From the NCBI GenBank assembly GCA_017646685.1, contig JAGCLZ010000016.1, positions 1 through 63,704 on the forward strand: DNA of 63,704 nt. The letters are read 5' to 3'. The notes beneath the pieces are model-generated. The model did not search any database, had not been told where the DNA came from, and saw only the letters and a program-made list of their open reading frames with translations. Made by a program: the position numbers and the translations under genes. The DNA comes from Bacteroidales bacterium (lineage in GTDB: Bacteria; Bacteroidota; Bacteroidia; Bacteroidales; P3). Shown here one piece after another: positions 56,169-63,704 of the stretch (positions are counted from its first letter, which is position 1; each line of letters opens with the position of its first letter).

Positions 56169-57947
56169 TTATTTTACGATGACCTTTACTGTTGTGGATA
56201 ATTGATTTCCTATAAATCGTAAATGATATGTGCCAGGTATAAGTTCACTAACATCAATACGTAAAACATCATTTTCCAACTGTCGGTACATAATTTGCTG
56301 TCCAAATGAATTATAGAGAAATACTTCTTTAAAGCCTTCGACACCAACAATATTCAAAATAGTTGATACTGGATTAGGATAAACATTCAGTTGTATATCA
56401 TTGGCTTCATTAATACCAACTGTCAATGTTGTAAAAACTTCGCACGAAGCATTGCCCATAACATTATCCTGATTGAAAGGCACTGCCCAAACGGTGTATT
56501 CTGTAGCCTTTTTCAAATTGTTTTTTTGTTCCGAAAAACCTACAGTAAGGCGAGGTGCATCTATGCTTTCCATATAATCAACTACTGCTTCTGCATCATT
56601 GATTCCATGGCTTGCAAAACTACTACTTTTTCCTGAAAGACAATAATAATAAGCTGTTTGATCGTTAGGATTTGTAGTAAGTGTAGCTGAATTGGTAGTA
56701 ATGTTTGTTATACTTACGTCAACGGAAGCTACTCCTGTTCCACCTCCTATTGGAGTAACAAATGTAGTTCCATAATCAAAAACAGTGTCTTCGCCTTTTG
56801 CTGCTATATATACATAATAAGTAGTACCCGGATTTAAATATAAATCTGTAAATCTTACCTCGCCGGCAGTGGTTCCACTATACCATGGATCAGCTCCTTC
56901 GAAGTCGTAGATTGTGTATCCCAAATCGTTATAATAAAGCACCTCACTCAAAAGTGAATAATCCCAAATCCATATATCATAACCATCTGTACATACTACA
57001 TTTGGCGTAGCGTAGAAGCTGATATTCATCAATCGTTCCGAATTTATTTCTGCTTGTAAATTGGTTATGTCTACGGCAGGCGACATGCCGGTGGTACGAG
57101 CCGTATCTATAACTACTGTTCCAATCTGATGGTTATGGTTGTAGGGAAGAAATATCGAATAATATTTCGTGCCTTTGTTCAATTCGTCAATAATCATAGA
57201 TGTAATACCCGGTCTTTGATTTTGCTTTTGACATGTTTGTTGGATAAGGCTATCTATAGTCCAACCGTTACGTGCTACTGATATGCTATCAAAATATCCC
57301 ATCTTGAAGTACCCTGTTTCGGTGCCACATTGTATAGCGTAAGATATTGAACGATCTTGCACTGCGTTTGAAACAGCAATTGTGGCGGTTCCTGATCCAC
57401 CATCTACTGTGGTAGTAAAACCATTTCCTAGAATAGCCACCCCCGTCTGATCGGTTGCACTAGCCAACGCCCAAATGTAACACGAATAGCCTGTAGCAGG
57501 ATTAAGACCGGTAATGGTTATTGAAGTGTCGCTTGTGCAACAAATTCCCTGTGATACATAAGTAGCCATCAACTCTTCATAAGTTACAGTCATACCAAAA
57601 GAAGTATAGATTGCATATATTTGTTCAAGCATTCCTGTATCGGTAACAGCAACATAATATTGATAACAATCATTGTTTTTATCGAACGTTAATGTTACGC
57701 TCTCAGCTGAAGGTGTTGCTGTGAATGAAACAGTAGCACTTTTCGCTCCTGATTTAGGCAAATGTTTGATAGGACGAAGCCCATAATCCGACAACTGTTT
57801 CTTCGGTAATATGAACGACTTATCAAGTTGTCTTTTACCAAAATCCCCTATTTCTGAATCAAGCACAGAAGTTTGGGCAAAAAGACCTCCGTATGATAAC
57901 ATACTGATAATTATTGCTATTATTCTTGTAATAAATTTTGAAGTCAT
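56169..57947 (-). CDS. Secreted multi-domain protein with a T9SS type A C-terminal sorting domain
   Basis: Signal peptide ..GGLFAQ, about four Ig/FN3-like modules, and C-terminus NVYPNPVSTILNI...PGTYHLRF...VKVIVK. Confidence 0.8.
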   Translation of the reverse strand: MTSKFITRIIAIIISMLSYGGLFAQTSVLDSEIGDFGKRQLDKSFILPKKQLSDYGLRPIKHLPKSGAKSATVSFTATPSAESVTLTFDKNNDCYQYYVAVTDTGMLEQIYAIYTSFGMTVTYEELMATYVSQGICCTSDTSITITGLNPATGYSCYIWALASATDQTGVAILGNGFTTTVDGGSGTATIAVSNAVQDRSISYAIQCGTETGYFKMGYFDSISVARNGWTIDSLIQQTCQKQNQRPGITSMIIDELNKGTKYYSIFLPYNHNHQIGTVVIDTARTTGMSPAVDITNLQAEINSERLMNISFYATPNVVCTDGYDIWIWDYSLLSEVLYYNDLGYTIYDFEGADPWYSGTTAGEVRFTDLYLNPGTTYYVYIAAKGEDTVFDYGTTFVTPIGGGTGVASVDVSITNITTNSATLTTNPNDQTAYYYCLSGKSSSFASHGINDAEAVVDYMESIDAPRLTVGFSEQKNNLKKATEYTVWAVPFNQDNVMGNASCEVFTTLTVGINEANDIQLNVYPNPVSTILNIVGVEGFKEVFLYNSFGQQIMYRQLENDVLRIDVSELIPGTYHLRFIGNQLSTTVKVIVK

Positions 57948-57978
57948 AATTTATTTCTCCTAATATTTATATCGTTAA

Positions 57979-58506
57979 TTATTTGCTTTTCTTTGTTTTA
58001 GAAAGTGTAAAGTCTACTCCCTTACAATTAAGGAATATTGTTCCATTGTTTTTAAGTTGATATGTAACAGTGTCATTTCCTGCCAAAAACTTATCGTTGC
58101 TGATATATCTTATGGCACAAGTATCGGTAATTCCAATACCAAGAAATGTAATCATCGTATTATCCGTAAATTTGAATTTTGATGGCAAAAACATCTTTAG
58201 TGCTTGTGATTCTGCTTCGGAAGCAATATTTTGTATTTCATTCTCCAACATTCTTGCTACTTCGTCGGATGTGTCACCATTTACCTCCACCGAGATTTTG
58301 GTGGTTACTTTGTCTGTCTTTATATCATTTGTTTTTGAGCCTTCTTTTATTTCAAAGGTTGCATTGTATGTTCCTTTTGGAATCCTTTTGCCAAGGCTGA
58401 ACGACATGAGGCACAATACTGCTATAAGCATTAAGGCTGTTTTAAATAGAGGCGAGAATACTCTCGCCTCTATATGTTTAGAATTTATTTTATTCATTTT
58501 CTCCAT
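57979..58506 (-). CDS. Exported or membrane-anchored hypothetical protein
   Basis: 175 aa with a hydrophobic segment ALMLIAVLCLMSFSLG. Overlaps the upstream ORF by 17 nt. Confidence 0.55.
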   Translation of the reverse strand: MEKMNKINSKHIEARVFSPLFKTALMLIAVLCLMSFSLGKRIPKGTYNATFEIKEGSKTNDIKTDKVTTKISVEVNGDTSDEVARMLENEIQNIASEAESQALKMFLPSKFKFTDNTMITFLGIGITDTCAIRYISNDKFLAGNDTVTYQLKNNGTIFLNCKGVDFTLSKTKKSK

Positions 58507-58972
58507 TATTTTCCATATCAGCTATAGTTTGTTCAGCCCAAGTCATAACTGTATTACTTATCATAGATTTAACATTTTCAAGTAATTCGGGATTCTCAGA
58601 AGCAAAGGTATTCACATCAATGATATTTCCATTTTCATCTCTGATGGTTAGTTCTTCATTTGCAATATTTAATTCATTGTTTGCAGATTTGCTATTAAGT
58701 CCACCATAAAAATTCCAGAAATCGTTTAAACATTCTGCAATTAGTTCATCTAAAAATTCTAGTTCTAAAGGATTGCCATTTTCATCTGTAACAACGATGT
58801 TAGAATTATCAAGTGTTGTATCTCCAGGCATACAAGTTGCACTGCCATTTACATGAAATCTCTTTTCATTAGATTCATTTGATGTGGACTTAATCACCTC
58901 TTCTTCTTTATTACATGATGCGATTACGAAAACTCCCAAAATTGCTATAATTATTAATTTAATTTTCTTCAT
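58490..58972 (-). CDS. Acidic lipoprotein (hypothetical)
   Basis: Lipobox FVIASC. 160 aa, E/N-rich. Confidence 0.6.
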   Translation of the reverse strand: MKKIKLIIIAILGVFVIASCNKEEEVIKSTSNESNEKRFHVNGSATCMPGDTTLDNSNIVVTDENGNPLELEFLDELIAECLNDFWNFYGGLNSKSANNELNIANEELTIRDENGNIIDVNTFASENPELLENVKSMISNTVMTWAEQTIADMENNGENE

Positions 58973-59552
58973 TGTATTTTAAATTTATACTTGATTTTCA
59001 AAGATGATAAAATATCATCAATCATTTTTGTTCTTTTCGAACATCTCAGATTTATATTTTAGCTGCAATTTTACACCAACGCAAGGTAAAATTACAGCCA
59101 ACACTTAGGACGTTCTCTCATAGGTAGGCAATACCAAATTAATAGTATTATTGGTATATTACAAATATTATTAGTTTTAATATCACAACGACCAACAATT
59201 GTTGTGTATTCTATTTTTAAATTTCTATTACTTGTGTAGCTAGATAACCAAATACTTTTAAGAAAAGAACATAGAGCATTTGTGTGTCCACATAAAATGT
59301 AATGTTTTATCTGAAATCGTATGTTTTTATAAGTCCCTGTATACATAATTTTCTATTTTTCAAATTCGTCAAATTTCATTCAAATTAGAATTACTATATT
59401 ACTTTTAGTCTTGTTCGTATTGAATATTGTTGACCTATTAGGCGAAGAAAAATAGCAATTCACAACATGCAGAAATAAGAAAACACGATTTTACCACTAT
59501 AATATTGCCTGTAGGGTTACAAGTTTTTTTATCTTAAATACCATGTTTAAAA

Positions 59553-59837
59553 CCTTTATCCACCGCCAAACCGCTTTCCCAAATCCCTTGCAATAGATTT
59601 GCATTAACGGAGAAACACCTTTTGAGAAGAACCCTATCTCAAGCGAGAACGCCCCCTTCTCAAAACCACTATGACCGACAACTTAATATCACCGCTACGG
59701 AAAAAATGCTGTACATAAGTATGTGGCTGTTTAGGGCTATGCGGTTCGGCACTCGCAAGTGTGCGGTTTACGGGGCAAAACCATGGGATTTACGTGTCAA
59801 AAGTATGGCAGTTTTGGGTCGTAAACCGCATGGTTTC
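59553..59837 (+). repeat. ~285-bp repeat, family B, right copy (direct orientation)
   Basis: See 55658-55964. GTTT(T/A/C)-like phase marks at 59766/59788/59811/59833. Confidence 0.85.
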
Positions 59838-59910
59838 TATCCCGAAGTGAGCCTCTTATGATGAGGGGCTATGGTACAAACGTTCACGCTGCGTGGTATA
59901 AACATTGGTG

Positions 59911-59997
59911 TGCGAAAGACTTTCGCCAATACCCCCAAAGTCTTTGGCTAATGCTCCCAAAGTCTTTGGCTAATGCTCCCAAAGACTTTGGGATGGC
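59911..59997 (+). repeat. Four tandem 22-bp palindrome-containing units
   Basis: gtgcgaaagactttcgccaata / cccccaaagtctttggctaatg / ctcccaaagtctttggctaatg / ctcccaaagactttgggatggc. Confidence 0.85.
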
Positions 59998-60089
59998 AAA
60001 TGTTATACCATACAGCACCATATATTATACCATCGAGCATCGTACTATAAACCATATTGCACGAAAGTTTATTACTGACAAAGGCAACA

Positions 60090-60169
60090 AATTTTCCTCC
60101 CCGATGCAGTTTTATCTACATCGGGAGGGAGTTCAATTTTCATCACGAGGGAATTTCAACGGCATCGGG
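60090..60169 (-). repeat. 80-bp hairpin repeat, family A (inverted copy of 31501-31580)
   Basis: The reverse complement aligns end to end with 31501-31580. Confidence 0.8.
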
Positions 60170-60231
60170 ATAGAAAAAAACCAAATTTCCTATCCGTTTG
60201 TTATAGGAAGAAAAAAAATAAAATCACGTGT

Positions 60232-61629
60232 ATGAAAAGAATCTTTATTTTTTGCTTAGGCCTTTTGTTTGCCGTTGCGGTGTGGGGTCAGATGCCGCAA
60301 ATACGTCCTTTGCAGCTTGACAGCTTGCCGCAGCAGTGGGCCGACAGTGGCCGATTTGAACAGCCTTTGCCATCGAAAGATGCGTGGTGGCAACAGTTTA
60401 ACGACACTATGCTGCTACATCTTATCAATCTTGCGGTGGCCAACAACGCCGATGTGGTAACGGCTATCAACAATATAGAACTAGCTCGAAACCAATACCG
60501 CAACGCCGTTGCCGACTTTTTCCCTACTGTGGATATGCAAGCATCCTACTCGCCTACACGCCAAAGCATGGCGGTGTATGGCAACAACGACATCAGTCGC
60601 TACGGCAATGCCTCTATAAACGCCAGTTGGGAGATAGACATCTTTGGCACTATACGCAAAGAGGCAGAGTATTACAAAAAGAACTACCTTGCCACACGCG
60701 AGCAGTACCACGCCGTAATGGTGTCGCTATGCAGCCAGGTGGGCATAGCCTACATCAACCTTCGGGTGTATCAGACCCAGAAAGATGTAACATATACCAA
60801 CCTCGAAACGCAAAAAGCAACGCTGGATATTACCGAAGCCCGTTACCGTGCCGGCTTGGCGTCGCAGCTGGATGTGGCACAAGCCAAAACAGTATACTAC
60901 AGCACGCTGGCTTCGATACCAAGCATAGAGTCGGCAATACTGCAACAGATAAACCAGATAGGCCTACTAGTGGGCGACATACCTTGGGAGCTACGCGACA
61001 AACTGATAGTGCCGCAACCCATACCCCGGTTTACGCCCAAGCTAAACCTTGAAATTCCTGCCAAAGTGATACGTCAACGCCCCGACATAAGGGTGGCAGA
61101 GTTAAACATGGAAGCCCAAGCCAACAAGCTGCAACTATCCCGCAGGGAATGGTTTCCACAGTTTATGATAAACGGATCGATAGGGTTCGAGTCTAACGAG
61201 TTTAAGAACTTCTTCAAGCAGGAAAATATGACGTGGAGCGTGTCGCCGGCCATGAAATGGAATCTGTTCAGCGGCATGAAACGCTACTATGGCACACAAA
61301 GCGAACAGATAAACTACAACGAAGCTGTAGAAAAATACAACACCGCCATACAGAATGCCTTGCTCGAAGTGGACAACGCACTGATAATGTATCAAAAAGC
61401 ACTGATACAGATAACGACGAACGAACAGGCTTTTGAACAGGCAAAGCTATCGTTGGAGCTCTCGCTGGACCTATATATGAAAGGGCTGCAAAGTTTCCAA
61501 ACGGTGGTAGACTCGCAACGCAATGTGCTTAGCTACGAAAACAATGTAGCTACTACACAGGGCAACATAATCACCTACTTCATACAGCTATACCAAGCCC
61601 TGGGCGGCGGATACCCCACAAACGAATAA
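60232..61629 (+). CDS. Efflux transporter outer-membrane factor (TolC/NodT family)
   Basis: 465 aa with a signal peptide and two OEP-type repeats. Confidence 0.85.
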   Translation: MKRIFIFCLGLLFAVAVWGQMPQIRPLQLDSLPQQWADSGRFEQPLPSKDAWWQQFNDTMLLHLINLAVANNADVVTAINNIELARNQYRNAVADFFPTVDMQASYSPTRQSMAVYGNNDISRYGNASINASWEIDIFGTIRKEAEYYKKNYLATREQYHAVMVSLCSQVGIAYINLRVYQTQKDVTYTNLETQKATLDITEARYRAGLASQLDVAQAKTVYYSTLASIPSIESAILQQINQIGLLVGDIPWELRDKLIVPQPIPRFTPKLNLEIPAKVIRQRPDIRVAELNMEAQANKLQLSRREWFPQFMINGSIGFESNEFKNFFKQENMTWSVSPAMKWNLFSGMKRYYGTQSEQINYNEAVEKYNTAIQNALLEVDNALIMYQKALIQITTNEQAFEQAKLSLELSLDLYMKGLQSFQTVVDSQRNVLSYENNVATTQGNIITYFIQLYQALGGGYPTNE

Positions 61630-61665
61630 AGAACAAAACATCAATAACAATAAAACAAACGACCC

Positions 61666-62787
61666 ATGAAAAACAAAATCATGCTAAAGGCTATAGGCAC
61701 ACTATATATAATATGTATATTCTGCAGCTGTGGTGGCAAAATGAAGGCACCCGTTTCCGCTCCGCCAGATGTGGTAGTGGCACAGCCAGAAATATTGGAT
61801 ATGCCCAATTTGTGGGAATATCCCGGCTACACACAGTCGGCAACCACAGTAGATTTGGTGGCCCGGGTGTCGGGAGTATTGGAAGAAACAGGTTTCAAGT
61901 CGGGCGACTATGTGAAGGCCGGCCAACTGCTATACACCATAGAGCCCAAGCCATACCAAGACGATGTGGCCGAAGCCGAACAAAATGTAAGCAAAGCCGA
62001 GATAGCTTTGCAGCTGAGCAAGGCCACCTACGAGCGTACCCTCGAAGCCTCGAAAGGAAACGCCATAAGCGAAATAGACCTACTACAAACCGAAACCAAC
62101 TACAAGCAGGCCCAAGTGGCACTGGACAATGCCAAGACACAGCTGGACAAAGCCCGAACCACACTGTCGTACTGCTACATAAAAGCACCTATCTCCGGCC
62201 ACATAACCAAAAGTAGCGAAAGTGTGGGCAACTATGTGAACGCAGCAGGATCGCCAAGACCGCTATCCACAATATACAACGACGAAGTGATGTATGTAAA
62301 CTTTGCCATAGAAGAATACCGCTACATTACGTTGAAGAAACTGAACAAGACCGGCAAATACAAGGTGTATGTAACCTTTACCGATAAGGAAAACAACAAC
62401 TATATTCGCGAGGGAGTGATAAACTACATATCGCCAAACGTAGAGCTATCGACCGGAACACTATCCATGCGTGCCGTATTGCCAAACGACAATATGAATA
62501 TCAAAGACGGTATGTTTGTAAAAGTGAACCTATTGGCCGACACCGTGGAGAACGCCATAGCCATACCCGAAAGCTCTATAGGTAGCGACCAAGCCGGACG
62601 CTTTGTTTATCTTGTGGACGACTCTAACCGCGTGGCCAAGCAACATGTGGAAGTAGGAATACTAAACGCCGACAACTATAGGCAGATAGTGAAAGGCATG
62701 AATGCCAACAGTCGGTATGTGCAAAGCGGCATAGTGAAAGTGCACGAAGGGCAAACCGTCAATCCCATAAACCATAACAACAAATAA
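61666..62787 (+). CDS. RND efflux periplasmic adaptor (membrane fusion protein)
   Basis: Lipobox IFCSC, then the HlyD/biotinyl-lipoyl-like pattern. Confidence 0.85.
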   Translation: MKNKIMLKAIGTLYIICIFCSCGGKMKAPVSAPPDVVVAQPEILDMPNLWEYPGYTQSATTVDLVARVSGVLEETGFKSGDYVKAGQLLYTIEPKPYQDDVAEAEQNVSKAEIALQLSKATYERTLEASKGNAISEIDLLQTETNYKQAQVALDNAKTQLDKARTTLSYCYIKAPISGHITKSSESVGNYVNAAGSPRPLSTIYNDEVMYVNFAIEEYRYITLKKLNKTGKYKVYVTFTDKENNNYIREGVINYISPNVELSTGTLSMRAVLPNDNMNIKDGMFVKVNLLADTVENAIAIPESSIGSDQAGRFVYLVDDSNRVAKQHVEVGILNADNYRQIVKGMNANSRYVQSGIVKVHEGQTVNPINHNNK

Positions 62788-62805
62788 GCTAAAACCCACA
62801 ACGAT

Positions 62806-63704
62806 ATGTCAAAGTTTTTCATCAACCGACCGATATTTGCAGGCGTTATAGCAGTGCTTATATTGTTTGCAGGACTATTGGCACTCAAAGAATTGCCAAT
62901 ATCGCAATATCCCGAGATAACACCACCCACTGTAAACGTAACAGCCACCTATCCGGGAGCCAACGCCGAAACCATAGCCGAAACAGTAGGTGTGCCTATC
63001 GAAACAGCGGTGAACGGTGTGGAAGGGGCATTATATATGTCTTCTACATCATCGAGTTCAGGAACATACAAACTTACCATCACCTTCGAAGTGGGTACGG
63101 ATATAGACATGGCCACCATTTTGGTGCAAAACCGAGTGAACCAAGCCACCGCCAATTTGCCTACCGCCGTCACCCGAAACGGTATAACGGTGGCAAAGCA
63201 ATCGACCAATATAGTAATGTTTATATCCATAGACTCGAAAGACACCAACCTCAACGGCCTGTACCTTTCCAACTATGCCCGACTTAACGTAGCCGACGAA
63301 CTGTCGAGAGTGGAAGGCGTAGGCGGTGTAACAATATTCGGAGCCGACGAATACAGTATGCGTATATGGCTCAAACCCGATGTGTTGCAAATACGCGGAT
63401 TATCACCTGCCGACATAAGCAATATGCTATCGTCGCAAAACATGCAAGTGGCGGCAGGCACCGTTGGTCAACCACCGGTGGCTACAAACAACGCCTACCA
63501 ATACACCTTGGACGTAAAGAGTATGCTGTCCTCGCCCGAAGAGTTTGGAAACATCGTTATCCAAACCTTGCCCGATGGCAGTTTTCTACGTCTGAAAGAT
63601 GTTGCCGACATAGAACTTGGCGAACAAACCTACTCTACCATAGCCCAACTGCATGGCAAACCCGTAGCCTCGATAGGTATATACCAATCGCCGGGAAGCA
63701 ACGC
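62806..63704 (+). CDS. RND (HAE1/AcrB-type) efflux permease, 5' partial (continues off the right edge)
   Basis: Own translation from ATG 62806: MSKFFINRPIFAGVIAVLILFAGLLALKELPISQYPEITPPTVNVTATYPGANAE... Open to the window end and absent from the ORF track. Confidence 0.9.
   Translation, partial: MSKFFINRPIFAGVIAVLILFAGLLALKELPISQYPEITPPTVNVTATYPGANAETIAETVGVPIETAVNGVEGALYMSSTSSSSGTYKLTITFEVGTDIDMATILVQNRVNQATANLPTAVTRNGITVAKQSTNIVMFISIDSKDTNLNGLYLSNYARLNVADELSRVEGVGGVTIFGADEYSMRIWLKPDVLQIRGLSPADISNMLSSQNMQVAAGTVGQPPVATNNAYQYTLDVKSMLSSPEEFGNIVIQTLPDGSFLRLKDVADIELGEQTYSTIAQLHGKPVASIGIYQSPGSN

Noticed and set aside
59858-60235. ORF 59858..60235(+), 125 aa, upstream of the efflux operon. Also ORF 59092..59346(-).
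   Set aside because: They are composed of the 22-bp tandem units and the family A hairpin. The reading frame is an accident of the repeats, with no domain signal.

Overview
This is a Bacteroidota-type chromosomal segment. The evidence is many TAnnTTTG -7 promoter boxes, gldF/gldG, T9SS type A and type B C-terminal sorting domains, and many lipoproteins. I support about 57 protein-coding genes and 2 tRNAs (Leu-UAA, Gly-GCC). I found no rRNA, no CRISPR array and no intact mobile element; the only candidate is a 26-codon transposase-like N-terminus at the left edge.

The backbone is housekeeping: ptb, mnmG, ybeY, deoC, rpiB, nadA, gldFG, ung, mutS, folC, rnhA, folB, pheS, a cyclophilin, a thioredoxin and an RND efflux operon.

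The unusual content is as follows.
1. ORF-free islands (28.7-30.0, 31.2-32.2, 55.3-56.2 and 59.0-60.2 kb, plus 44.2-44.8 and 20.2-21.2 kb) are built from tandem units phased at 22-23 bp and from hairpin repeat families. They bracket two small cassettes of secreted, outer-membrane or T9SS-cargo genes.
2. Four tandem paralogous lipoprotein genes (40.5-43.5 kb) lie next to a Bacteroidales HU-like gene.
3. An ECF sigma factor is translationally coupled to a single-pass membrane protein that ends in a T9SS type B sorting domain.
4. An Spt-like alpha-oxoamine synthase sits next to a two-domain GNAT-like protein.
5. A 1.07-kb AT-rich gap sits at a strong strand switch and is a weak oriC candidate.
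6. rnfA stands alone, away from any other rnf gene.

All family assignments come from motif reading and memory. No database search was possible.
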